Source: Octopus sinensis
Lineage: Eukaryota
Length of the DNA: 64,000 nucleotides
Assembly (NCBI RefSeq): GCF_006345805.1
Contig: NC_043013.1
Coordinates: 25,234,001 to 25,298,000 of the forward strand
Reading direction: 5' to 3'
Positions within the stretch are counted from its first letter, which is position 1. Every line of letters starts with the position of its first letter. The notes beneath the pieces are model-generated. The model had not been told where the DNA came from. It saw only the letters and a list, made by a program, of their open reading frames with translations, and ran no database searches. This document shows positions 1-14,100 of this stretch, one piece after another. A program made the translations under genes and the position numbers.

Positions 1-1566
1 ATTCAAATGGGCCAGATATTCTTGCCTCTGATACCTACCCTACAATGTCCTTCTAAAAATAAACGATCCTGATCCCGTTATGAGAATCTCGAAGCTACAA
101 GATAATGCATAATTAATTAAAAACAATGTCAATAAATAAGCATTGTGTTTGACAGAGAAATCTGACTATCGAAGGGTTAAAGTGGTTAATTTTTTCCAAG
201 TAAATAAATAGATTGATAGATCACATGTATAACGTGGCTCGCTACCTTACATATACAGTCATGTGTAAAAAATCTCTTAGTCACTGCTAATGTTCTCTGT
301 AGTCCCACCCACTTATACTCTGTATTATTGCTGGGTCTACCATCAGCTCTTGTTACAAAATTTATCTCCTATCTTCAACAAGCTATTGAAGCAGATTATC
401 ACCCTCAGTCGTTATCTATTAATTACACTACAGCAAGTAATACACTTCCTATTATTTTACTGATATCATGCTCCATTTCTTAAGTATTCATTCATGAAAC
501 TACCTGTACAATACTGCCTTCCCACCCGTTTCCTTTCAGTGTCACGATAGATAATTTGATAAAGTCATGCCCATACTTTAGCTCTGGCCTCCTGCCCTAT
601 ATATGGACTGAAACACAGTTTGTAGTTGCAAGGTTGAACTGATTGATCACTGTTACACACAAAGCCCTACCATATATGTAATCTTTTTTTCTTGTAAATA
701 TTGAAGATAACTGAAATAGTGGCTGACGCAACTCTATCTAAACACTGATACTTTATTGTTGAGTTCACACTATCTTCTGGAGCTTTGTTCTTACTTAAAA
801 GAGACCATTGTAACCTCAGCAGTCTTAATATAACCAAGACAGCATAATGATAGTTAATTTTGTTTTGAGGGTAAAAAAAAACTTAGGCTTTTATGCATTG
901 TTAACCATCTACAAGTATAGATTACTTAAAAGTTGTTTGCGAAACTGAGTTGCTGTACTCATTGTCATTTGTGGTCCATTGTCAGCCATAAACATTTCCC
1001 CATTCAGTAATAATATCCCATTTCCTTATTTTCCTTATTTTTTTGAAATCTTTTCCATTCTCTTCAGCCATGTTTTCTCTTCTTGCCTGTTTTCCTCATT
1101 TTGGCTTCTGCAAAATATTCTTGTTTATCATCGTCATTCATATTTTGCTGTCTTGATTAGCAATTCCCATTCTTTCTTTGTTAGTTTCATTTTCATCATA
1201 TTTGTCATACACCACCTTTTAATTTTGCTTCTTGAATTAATTTCATTCCTTTCCTCCTGAGTTAATGTTTTTTCTCATTCCTGATTCTCTTCTCTTTATT
1301 CTTATTTCTTCTTTTTGCCCTTTTCCCTTTTTTTTTCTGTATCTTCTCTGCCTCTTTCAATTCAGCTCTTGCTATCATGCTCTTTCATCACTGTCTGCCA
1401 TAACACTAAACTCTCTTCTGGTAATAGAATAATCTAAGAAGCACTTGATATTGTAGAGGTTGGTTATAACAAAATGAAGCAAGTTAGGTATGCAGTTATT
1501 AGCATATAAACAATCGAAAGGTGGTGAGCTGGCGGAGTTGTTAGCACACTGAGCAAAATGCTTAGC

Positions 1567-1783
1567 TGTAGGGCAGGATTTATGACAGACAAACTGTAGA
1601 CAGGAACTTCATTGTGGGCTAGCTAAGGAGCTGGTCTGCAGTGAAGTAGACTTCCAGTTGAGCAGGATCCGAAAGGCATACGTAGCTGGTGGCTGTCACC
1701 CTGATATACCTAAAGGAATAAATCTTTCACTAACACATTCTCATCTCTATGAGTTTATTTGTGTGAAGCTTAACAAAGTTATA
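1567..1783 (+). mobile_element. Candidate 217-bp solo LTR inserted in a SINE
   Basis: TGTA...TATA ends, a 4-bp TSD (tagc) and an internal AATAAA; the host SINE resumes on both sides. Confidence 0.5.
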
Positions 1784-2101
1784 TAGCAGCATTTTGTCTG
1801 TCTTTGTTCTGAGTGCAAATTTCATCAAGGTCTACTTTGCATGTCATCAGTAAAATAAGTACCAGTTGAGCACTGGGGTTGGCCTTGTTCCAGAATTTGA
1901 AACCAATACATAGATAGTTGGGAAAATGCCATTTCCTGCATATACCATTTCACACATTTTATGTAAGAAGTTAGTGATACAGTTACTTATATATGGATAA
2001 TAAAGCAAATAGATGGTCAATCTTCATGACAATCACTTGCTCTAAGGCATAAATATTAAGCCATCAAATAAACAGAAAGAGAGAGTCAAACTAATGCTAC
2101 A

Positions 2102-2330
2102 TGTGCACACACACACATGAGTACTCATATATACATAACCCTTGCTTTATCACACACACATACATATTGTTGTTCTCTGTATATGTGTGTATGTATATGT
2201 GTGTGTGTGTGTGTATGTATATGTGTATATGTGTGTGTGCGCTTGCCAATACTGTTCATATCAGTGTGTATATGAGCATGTGCCAGCAGCACTCTTGAAG
2301 TTCTCTCTCTCTCTCTCTATAGCACACACA
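2102..2330. repeat. (CA)n/(GT)n/(CT)n microsatellite cluster
   Basis: Read directly. Confidence 0.9.
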
Positions 2331-5300
2331 CTTTTACCATTCTCCTTCCCCAGAATAACAAATTTTTTTACATCACAGGAATCTATCATTAACATTTTAA
2401 TTTAGTAAATCTTTGGAGGATTCTGACTATTGGCCTCCTTCCTTGAGTGTGTTAACTAAAAACTGTATGACATGGCCTATCATGATAGCCTTTCTATAGC
2501 AGAAAAGAAACATTGAGTGGTTGTTGCTCCTACCTTCCAATAAGATACCAGTCCATTACAACACTCACCCCAGTTACTGCTGGTATTCAATTTCTGCTAA
2601 ATGGAGTGAAGCAATGTGGCATAAAGATCCTTGTTTGGCTCAGTCATAAGTTGGCTTCATGATTAGAAGATTGTGCTTTCAATTCCCTGGGTTAACTAAT
2701 ATAAATTATTTAAACAAAAGAGGTAATTTGTACCATTTTGTTATTCACAATTGATACCTAGCTGATTGCCGGATGAAACAGTTATAGTCGATTGTATTTA
2801 CCTGCCCTCATGATATTACTGGTATTTACTGCATCTTTTTTCTTATTTTAGTCATTAGACTGTGGCCTTGCTAGGGCACCATCTTGAAATATTTTAGTGT
2901 AACAAATCAACCCACGTACATACTGTTTTTTTTTTAAGCTTGGTACTTATTCTATCAATCTCTTTTTGCCAAACTGCTAACTTACAGAGATGTAAGCAAA
3001 CCAACACCAGTTGTCAAGCAGTGATGAGGACGAACACAGATATGCTCAGATGTACACACACACACACACACACAATGCATATATATACTCATATACGACA
3101 GACTTCTTTCAGTTTTTGTCTACCAAATCTATTCACAAAGCCTTGGCTGGCCCAGGACTACAGCAGAAGACATTTGTCCAAAGTGCCATGCAGTAGGACT
3201 GAACTCATGACCATGTGGTTGAGAAGCAATCTTCTTATGATACAGTCATGCCTGCGCCTCTGATTATTACTGGTACTTATTGCATCTATCTATCCTCAAG
3301 ATATTACTGGTACTTAAGGCATCAAAGTGGCATCAGCAACAGAGAATTTTTAAACTGAAAGGGATCAAATTTGTAGCCACACCATTTTGGAAGTCTTCAG
3401 CATGCATGCGCAGAGTTGGATTTCTTCCGGTAGGCTGCTGGAAGTTCCCTCATGCACATGTGCTGAGAACTACCAACAGCAAGATTTCCCACTGTATCGA
3501 TCTCTTTCAAAGCTGCAGCCGAATTGAACGGACACGTCCTCATAGCTCTCCCAAGCAAGCCAACACGTGGTGAAGCTAGAACGAGACAGGATTTGGCTCA
3601 CACCATTTAATGACAGCGACTAACTCCATGGCTACTGGTTTGCCCTGAAGGAAATATATGTATATATATTATTGCGAATCCAGGAAATAAATATTATTTA
3701 TGCTGTTGAAGAAATTCGAAGTCTTGGTTTTCCTTTGACAAATAATTTAATGTAACGGTGTAAGACCTGCACCCCTCAAGTGTTCCAGAACTTTCATCCT
3801 GTTACAAATTGAATATTTCAAAGACATTTAGCCGCCCCTTATATTTCAACTAGATCTGCTAGCCTTCTAACCATTAATTTTTCTTGGGAAACATCTTCTC
3901 AAATTTAAAGGAGAGATATAAGATCGTGTAACCTTCTTAAACTAATTCTTTAGCACTGACTTAGCAGATATGGTCAAAAGCGTTCAAGCTCTGCTCAGGC
4001 AGTATGTGTGTGTGTGTGTGCGTGTATGTATGTATGTATACATTCATAAAATGTACACCCAAGACCGCATTACATAATGTAGCATTTCTCTTTTAAGACA
4101 GTAAGATGTAATTTTAAGAGAGAATTGGCTGTTATCTCTAGCGGATCGAAGGACGGCGTACAGATTTCCTCGTCTGCTCGAACATTGTTTAATGCCTTTT
4201 CGGTGATTGCTATTTTGTAATCGGAAATTCCCTAAAATTACCATACTGTAGTATCTATTAAAGTAAAATTATTTTCTTTAAGGCTTTATAGGTTTTATTT
4301 AGTATTTATTATTTCTATAATTTCGCAATTCATTTTGCTTTCGGACCTTGTGTGAATTTTAAAATACGCACGCGCGTACACACAAACACACTAGCTATGC
4401 AAGCACTTGGTAAACGAGATTTGTGAATGGGTGCAGTCAGTTTAATTTACGCAACAATCCTGTATTTATTTTCATTATTCAACTGCCACTCCTTGGTTTT
4501 TACAAGTACTGCATGCATCTCGGCTATCATAAATTACAGAATTCGCTAACAACTTCACTTTATTTACAGCAGTCATGACCTTGGTAAATACTTGAACGAC
4601 ACAACTTCTCAATCCTTCACCACTGTCAGCTACTCATTAAAAAACTTCTAAATCTCCACATATCTGGAGATATCAGTCAACTATTCATCAAATGATACTT
4701 TTTTTTTAATCTTTTTTAAATCACATATTCATTTTAAAAAGGAACAAATACTCATTGATACACTGTCTGAAAAATAAATAAATAAATAAATAAAAGAGAC
4801 GGAATAGTCAAAGCCGAATCGCCTTTGATCATCAGGTACACTTGATTAGGTCAAGTTTTCGAGATAGTCTTGTACAGAAATAGCAACTAAATTCCATAGA
4901 AGTCACACTACGCTATCTTAACTAAATAAAAATATGTTGAACACCATAGTTCCTAATACACAAAAATATGCGATGGACACTGTTGGAACTTTCGATCATG
5001 AGTCTGTTCTGTGTCGGATAAATTGTTTTGCATTATTTAATTACGACTACATTCGGAGTTCAAATCTTGCCGAAGTCAGTTTTGCCTTTCATTTTTGAGG
5101 GGTTTTATAAAATAAAGTACCAGTAAAGAATTGGATCGATGTAATATTCCTATAATATATTCCAGTTATGAATGAAATTATAAAAGATCAAGCGTTGACT
5201 TGGGGTTAAAGAATGGTTGAAGTTGTTATTAAATGAATTTGCTTTCTGTTGTCTGCTTAATAATTTGAAGGAAATACCTTCACTAAGAATGTAAATTTTA

Positions 5301-6462
5301 ATGTTGCTTCAAGCTGATTAACTTCACATGCCCGAAGCAAAATATATCGGTTATTCGGTCACAGCTCTTTTACCATATCTGCAGAGTATGTTTGGTTTTT
5401 GTATTTTGAGTAGGAAGGGAGGGGAAGAAGAACAGCACTGGAAATTGCGTAGACACAAGAAGACTACATCTAAACGCTTGTGCACTGATTCGTTCGTTGA
5501 CACACCGTTTTGGTTTCAAATGGCGATAGGATTGACTTTGTCCTTTGTCCATTAGGGGTGTGACGTGAATGAAATAAGTTATTGTTATTAAACCGATACC
5601 ACTAACTATCACCACTTCTTAGGAAATCACTTTGAGGGTCACTCCATTATAATTTTTTTTTCGGAACAGCTTTTTGTCTCATATTATTAATAATCTTGCC
5701 AAATGCTGTTTTAGTTGTAGTTAGTGAATAGCAAATTCAGAGCCGTCTATTGGATTCTACGTACTTTCTTTCGACTCGATATTCACATTTCATTGTAAAT
5801 GAGTCAACTCGCTACTGTCTATTGTTCAGTCTAGATTGAACAAACCTTTGACCAAAAGTTTTTCAACCATGGAATATGAAACACCTGTCTAGGATTACAC
5901 TGACTTATGTGTCTGTTTCTTTCTTTAAAAAAAAAAAAAATACAATAGAATACAATTTTAAAGAATTTAGTTGCTATTTTTAGCAGGGAGTTGGGCTGGC
6001 AGAATCGTAGTTATGACACTATATTCTGAATTCAAATCACGCTGACGTTTACTTTCCTCTTTTTTTTTTAATCTTTCTGGGGTCGATAGAGTACAGTCAA
6101 GTACTAGAGTCGATTTAATCCGATAAAGTATCCTAAGTGTGAATGGAATCACAATAGAAGGCCGAACAACTGCGTGTATTTTACACGTGTGCAGTCAAAT
6201 AGGATAAGACGTCAGGGTGGATCCCATGAGACATGTGCAAGCGTCGTATGTTATGTTATATGTGTAAGGAGAGACAAAAGTGAAAGGGCGATTAGCGTAG
6301 GACGTTCATTGCTAAAGAATTGAATAAGAGGTCAGACGGGTTTATAATGTCTGTAAGTAACTAATGTTGTCACTGATGATTATGAAAACATCATCGGCAG
6401 CAGAACATATAACACCGATGCTGACTTCTTCTGTTGGTAAGCAACGTCCTTGTTTTGAGACA

Positions 6463-6528
6463 TGAGTCATGCTGAAGTCGTGACGTCAACAGACGGAAAT
6501 TTGTCCGTCTATATCACTTTTACTTCCG
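6463..6528. promoter_or_regulatory. Cluster of AP-1 (TGAGTCA 6463-6469), CRE (TGACGTCA 6481-6488) and ETS (ACTTCCG 6522-6528) motifs
   Basis: Three consensus sites within 66 bp of unique CpG-retaining sequence; target gene unknown. Confidence 0.4.
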
Positions 6529-7491
6529 CAACAATCAAATAAAAACATTAAGCTTAGATGTAATTAGAACTCTATAGAATTGTAGTTACGTAGTATTTAT
6601 ATCAATATTATAATTCTAAAATAGGGGGATTAAGATTCCAGTATTTGCACTACTGTTGTGAGTATAGCATCTTTATATAATATCAATCAGGGTCGAAATA
6701 TACAGAGAGCTTTTAATAAACAAACGAAAGCTATTAAAAATATCGTTAACTTTCCGCTTAAAATAATGGAAACAGCATTGACTTAGTGATGGTAACAATA
6801 TACTAAGAATAACCCAGAAAAAGTAGCAGCAACAGTGTGTGGCAGTCTTTCTACATCAATGTGTTGCCAGACGGAAGGACCAAAATAAACAATAAAGAAT
6901 GTTTAAAAAAATAAATGAATTCTTGAAACGTAAAGCAGTATCAACACGAAGCATGAAATATCGGAATTTCTCTACACTGCATCACATTTTCTCATTACCA
7001 CACTTTGCGAGGAAGCCTCCACGGAGTCGGTCGACCTACTTGAAATATCAGCCAAACCTCCCTCAAATCACCCCATATCTTTAAAATTTAAAGGCGAAAG
7101 ACATCGGATAAATTGGCCACTGTTACAAAAAAAAATTTTAATTCCGAGATGGATATGGCTATAACGCCTTTGATCTTAGATCTGCTCGTCAGAGTTGAGC
7201 TGGGGGAGCTAAACAAAAACAAGGTTATTTTCATGGCACTACATTTGCGTCTTTAGGCTGCAAAGCTCCCACAATACTTCAGCTATTTTATGAAGCTGTT
7301 TACAATAGACACCAACGAGGGAGTTTCTAAGGGGTCATTCCTTCATATCAAACGTTACCGTCTTAAAAAAAAGTGTTTTGAGAACACGTTGAGTAATATA
7401 GGCCTCGGTACACTGTACCTAAAACAATAAAAACAAGAAGGGATGAGCATCGCTGGAATGTCTTTGATCATAGGTCAACATGATCAAGAAT

Positions 7492-8194
7492 CTACACAAA
7501 TGTGTTCCCTTTGATTTTGTTTCCTCATAACATCCAGAAAAATGGATATTTTTTAGTGAAATTTTCTACAAATACGATTCAGATGGTGTTGATTCCGATT
7601 ATATCGGAATTTGTAATAAAAAAGAATTTTCTGCGAGTTGGGGGAAGGGTTTCGGAAAATTTACGCGAGTCGGCTTTGTTTCCTCATGACTTTCAGAAAA
7701 ATGGGGATTTTTAAGTAAAATTTTCAACAATTACCTTTCAGAGTGTGTAGATAATAATTGTAATGGGGTTTAATATGAAAAAAAAAAAAAATGGTGAACA
7801 CGCACACTTCAAAATTTCAAGTTTCATTTTGTAGATATGTGATGTGTGTTAGTATGCGTGTGCGTGAGTCCACCAATATTTTTCTTTTCTTTTTTTTTTC
7901 TGTCATATTAAATTCCGATATGATCGTAATTTACACACTCTGAAAGATATTTGTTGAAAAATTTATTTAAACATCCCCATTTTTTTATGAAAGTTATGAG
8001 GAAACAAAGCCGACTCGTAAATTTTCCGAAACCCTTCTCCTCACTCACAGGAAAATTTCTTTTTTCATAACAAATTCCAATATAATCGGAATCTACACTA
8101 TCTGAAGCGCATTCGTATAAAATTTCATTTAAAAATATAAATTTTTTTCTGAAAGTTTTGAGGAAACAAAATTGATGTGGGCACACTTGTGTAG
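7492..8194. mobile_element. Foldback element with about 270-bp inverted arms, each with an internal duplicated subunit
   Basis: About 7492-7760 is the reverse complement of about 7918-8194; no TSD recognisable. Confidence 0.7.
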
Positions 8195-8804
8195 GTATGC
8201 CTAAGAATAAACTGGGACTGAAGAAACTGTAATACCAGGACGAGAACACTATGGAATGTGGCTCGACCTATTAGAAGCAGCAGCCAATTCTTTCTTTCTT
8301 TCTTTTTTTTTTTTCGCACCTGTATTGCAGATGTTTATTACAGTAAAATCATTTTCTGGGAATTTTATGTAAGGTTTAGTTACTACCCTAAAAAAGCAAA
8401 GCGGGTTACATTGGACAATGTATCATAAATATGCAAAAGAAGGATGGTCACAGTTGGAGCGCCTCTGATCATATATCTGCTATATAAAGGCTTTAAATAT
8501 GCAGCCTTTAAATCTTAGCGGTAGTAGCATCTCAATAGAGATAGTACAATCAATTATTTGGTTCTACAACCAAAAACGCGTCACGGCTAAGGGTCTCGGG
8601 TACTCTTCTATCTCTACGTTTTCAGTATGTCGACTTTTCTTACTCCTTTCGATTTTGATCATCTGCTTAAGCAGGAGTTGCTGCTGCTACACACAACTAA
8701 ATAGATTGTAAGGGAAGCCTTCCCTTGAATTACGCCCTCACTATTCTCGTTTATATGAATGACTATATAACACAGGGAGGTGGAGGGGGAAGAAGAAATA
8801 GACA

Positions 8805-8912
8805 AATAGAGAGATAGCGACCGATAGACAGACATAGAGAGAGAGAGTGGGAGAGACAGGTAGACAGACACGGAGAGAAACAGACACAGAGAGAAAAGAG
8901 ACAGACAGACAG

Positions 8913-8962
<50 letters not shown>

Positions 8963-8970
8963 ATAGATAG
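8805..8970. repeat. Compound (AGAC)n/(AG)n/(AGAT)n microsatellite
   Basis: Read directly. Confidence 0.95.
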
Positions 8971-9354
8971 AATTTTAAATATTTAGCATAGATCAAGTTA
9001 CTCGACTGATCGAGGTATAATTTTTTTTTTTTTTTTTTGAAAAGACAGAAATAGGTATTGATTAAGCAAAAAATATTGCAGCAAAGATTTAAATCGAAAT
9101 TACATTTCAGAAAAGCATTTCACTAGTGCCACCCCGACTCCGTCCCCACCCCCACACGACATTATCTCGTGGTTAACTTTACCACCAATATCTACTTTCT
9201 TTGATGCCGATCGATATACAGTAGTCGTCGTGTTGCTTTAACCAAAGAACCACCAAGGTTGCAGAGAAAATTAAATGAAATGTATATATATATATAAATT
9301 GTAGTAAATAACTCATTAGCATACTTATTTCATCATATTTTCCGCATTGTTTCT

Positions 9355-10048
<694 letters not shown>

Positions 10049-11008
10049 TTCAGTAGCTGCTCTGCTTTCGTTTTAAAGGTGGTGCCCCAGCATGGCACCA
10101 GCCTCTGGTTGAAACCAATAAGAGAAAAAGAATAAAAATGTGTGTGCGAGCGCGTGTACGTATGTATAAATATATCTACGTATGTGTGTAATGTGTGTAT
10201 GTTTGTATATATATATATATATATATATGTAGATCTTAGTGAATTTATGTGTAAATATATATATATATATATTGGTATTGTTATTCACTATCTATCTCCC
10301 TCATGATTCTTAAATGATAAATAAACATCCGACAGCGTAGACTCGACGACAAAAGGGTGTTACCGAAATTTTTCATATTTATTTACCAAGTTTATTTACA
10401 AACACTTTATTAGGTCATACAACCTCAACAGGTCAACGAGAACAGCCGACTTTAGCTTTCGGTATTCTCCGGAAACGCTATTTTATTTCTCTTAACTTCG
10501 TAGGAAGTATTCCGCAAAATGGAAGAGCCATCGCTTCAATTGAAAGAGATCTGACAGCTGCTGCTGTTATTATTATGATCCCCTCGTGCTTTATGAATGC
10601 TTCGTTTTATTTATTTTCCCGGGTTATTATTTTTTAAAAATTTGTATTTTTTTTAATGAGGAAATTATGCAAAAATTAATGTTGTATTTGTAATCCTCGT
10701 GTAATCTATGTTTAAGTTATTACTTGTCACGTAATATTTTTTTTAAATAGTGTTGCAGAGTTATCTGGTTAGGAGAGACTGCCAAGTGGTTTAAACGAAA
10801 ACAATTTATTCTTTTTATAATATCAATGTGACATGATATGATTTACCAACGTGTCACATGATAAACCAAATTATTAAAATCCTTATATGCATAGACAGAT
10901 AGGTAGAGAGAGAGAGAGCGCGCGGGGTTTGGTGATGAAAACAGGTAAATAAAACTCAGAACGAGTGTGTGTGTGTGTACATATATTCAAATTAATAATC
11001 GGCATAAA

Positions 11009-11195
11009 AGCGGCAAGCTGGCGAAATCGTTAGCACGCTGGGCAAAATGCTTAGCGACGTTTCGTCCGTTTTCATGTTCTGAGTTGAAATTTCCTCCGAG
11101 ATTGACTTTGCCTTTCATCCTTTCGGAATCGATGTAATCGACTTGTTCCCTTCCCTCAGAAACTACAGGCCTTGTGCCAAAATTTGAAAACATTT
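11009..11195 (+). mobile_element. tRNA-derived SINE family A (octopus OK-like); other copies about 1519-1900, 5985-6125, 11750-11970(-), 13370-13725, 14860-15050(-), 31790-31880, 33960-34170, 41945-42130, 53700-53810(-), 55945-56090
   Basis: A/B-box-like head (gctggcagaatcgttagc...gagttcaaattcc) and the recurrent core gactttgcctttcatcctttcggggtcgat. The family name is from memory. Confidence 0.8.
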
Positions 11196-14100
11196 ATTTA
11201 CTAATCGCTAGAAATTATAGAATGCCTCAAAGGCCTAGAGGTTCGTAGATTCGCGCTCGTGCACACACACACAATTAAAACGTGTTGATATGACGTAAAT
11301 ATACTATAATACAAGAGAGGAGTGTTATGTGATCAAATTTCGGTTGAACCCATTTAATTTCATTTAGTGTCTTCGTGTCCTTGGAAAATATGCAAACGTC
11401 ACAGATATATTCTTCTCGTTTAAATATACGTGTTGTATTAAGAATTACTTTCACAGAAAATTTAATTTTATGTAAAATAAATCTCAATTGCTTTGAAATT
11501 ATCTCTTCTCTTTGAAAGTTGCTAACAACTCGACAAAATGATTTTGTTTTCCTTCTTCGGAGAAACTAAGCAACAAACTTCGGCTACCATGCTGTTTACC
11601 GAAGCAAAGAGGTGAAAGCAAAATGCGATAGAAAGCGGAAGTGGAACAGTGACATATCAACATTCTATAAACCATCCGATGTTTGGGTTTCCTATATGGT
11701 GACCTATATACTCATGAAGTTGTCGAACATTCGCTCAATTTTGTTGCTCCAAATAATCCTTCCTATTATAGGCAGAAGGCCTAAAATTTGGGGAAGGGGA
11801 TAGTCAATTACCTCGACCTCGGTACTCAACTGGTACTTAATTTATCGACCCTGAAAGGATGAAAGGTAAAGTCAACAACGGCGCAATTTGAACTCAAAAC
11901 GTAGCAGCGGGCGAAATACTGCTAAGCAGTTCATCCAGCATGCCGACAATTCTGCCGGCTACTGCCTTGTTGCTTCAAATAATGACAGCATCCATACACA
12001 GACTACTGGAAGAGCGAAGAATGCTCTGGGACTAGCGATGATTTATATCATATCTTCATTAGCATGCATGGCGAAACAAATTTAGAGATTGTTAAAAACT
12101 ATCCACAAATCTCATTTCATGCATCGGTCACTTATGTTTTCCTGTAAATGAGTTTGTTTTTAGCCGCTGTGGCTATGTAGCAAGAACTCTGTTTCCCAAT
12201 CACGTTTCCAGGTTTAGTTCCACTGCACAGCACCTTGGGAAGTATCTTTTACTGTAACCCCGAGCCGAGTAAAGCTTTATGAGTGGATTTAGTTGACGGA
12301 AACAAAGAAACACACACACGCACACATATATAAAAAGACATAAATCCGAAAGAACGCACTAAGATATAGAGCAGCCTTCCTCATTTTTAATATATATATA
12401 TATATATAAGGTAATATTTATCAAAACTTAAAAGTGGATGGTGTGACAGTACACACAATACTTTGATAGTTGCCAGTTAGAAAAACTTTCATGTGGACTT
12501 TTGGTGCATATAAGCACTTTGTGTATATCGCTAACGGGAGATAATCGTCGCCGTAAGAACTACCAGAGCACGTGATATTTCAGCCTTCCTTAGCCTTGTC
12601 AATGGTAGATGCTCAATCGTTGGAAGTAGCAACAATATCCCCGCTAGCAGCGATGTCTATGTGAAAGACACACACACACACACATTCACTGTATTTCTCT
12701 TTCGCCATTTTCTCTCCTCTTCTAAAAATACATTGTGACATATTTTGATTCCTCCCCATTGTTCCCTTCCGCTAATAGATGTCGTGACGGATAAACAGAC
12801 GGAGATTAGCTTTCTCTATTCAAACAAAACATGTTAGCTCCGTTGTTTAAGACAGTATGGTAGAGGTTTTTGCTTCACTCCCGGTTAGTTCTGCTCGAAT
12901 GCATCCCTGCGTCTAAATTAGAAAGCCATTATTCTTTTGACTAGCAAATCTACCCATCTACGATGGAGGCGTAAAATGAGGGAGGAAAGTCATAACAGCA
13001 ATATATATTGAAAAATGTGTAAATGGACTTGATAGATTACTGTGTGGTGTCTTAGAGAAATCGCATTATTGTTGATGATCCTGCAGTCTATTGCAACTAT
13101 ATGACATGTATTTGCAACAAAGTGACATGTGATGACGATTCACTCCCGAACTGAAATAAGCTCCCAGCCTTTGTATCATGAATGGGTATGTGGACCACTC
13201 CTAACGAAAGCCACAGCTTCCTTCCACCATGCCCATTATAGTAAGATGTTTTTTGAATTTTATTTTAGTATCTTGTTATATCTTTATCATTGTTAGATTT
13301 CTTTTTCACCGACGTACCCCTACCCATCAACCCACCAAGCTTGTTTATTGTATTTTGTCTTTTGATATTTGTCCTGTTCTAAGGTCAAATTCTGTCGAGG
13401 TCAACTTTGCCTTTCATCCTTTCGGAGTCGACAAAGTAAGTACCAGTTGCGTACTGAGGTCAATCTAATCGACTGGTGCCTCTGCCCCCAAATTTCGGGC
13501 CTTGTGCCTAGAGTAGAAAAGGATATTTGTCCTCAGTGTCTTGGGCTCTGCCGGACAAAATGTTTAGCGATGTTTGGTTCTCCTTTACGTGCTGAGTTCA
13601 AATTCCACCGAAGTCGACTTTACCTTTCATCCTTTCGGAGTCGATGAAATAGGTACTAGTTGGGCATTGGGGTCGATGTAATTGACTAAACCCTCGCCCG
13701 TCAAAATTTCAGGCCTTTGTCTATAACAAAAAAAAATGTTGTTGTTGTCAATGTCTTTTCGTATATAATGTGTCTTGAGCTATCTATCCGTCTATGTTTA
13801 AGAAAGTAGAGTGAAATTTGAGATTTGGTTGCTATTTCTAGCAGGTGAAACAACCGCATAGAACAAATGTGTGGAACCTTGTTAATGCCCTAGAGTGACT
13901 AAACGTTCGCATGTTTGAGATAGGAAGCTTCACGCTAGGGAGAGAGAGTACTGCGTGAACGACAGTGCCGGGTGAAAGTTAGTGTTTCTTCTTAACTCCG
14001 CGTTTATTGCGCTTGAAAACGTGTTTATATTCTTGAATGTGATAAAGTGTAGAATTAGATTATTATCATGCTTCTAGCTTCAGTGTTGCTGCCAGGATTT

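Noticed and set aside
960-1440. Hydrophobic 93-aa ORF (+) and K/E-rich minus-strand text with a DNGPQ motif suggestive of Gypsy integrase
   Set aside because: Purine/pyrimidine strand bias explains both; the frames are broken and the motif lacks supporting context.
6374-6424. TGATGA...CTGA as a C/D-box snoRNA
   Set aside because: Too short, with no terminal stem and no recognisable antisense element.
8331-8368. 38-nt plus-strand AG/GT-bounded segment, and a similar one at about 32919-32963
   Set aside because: Splice-like signals only; no frame continuity or partner exons could be established.
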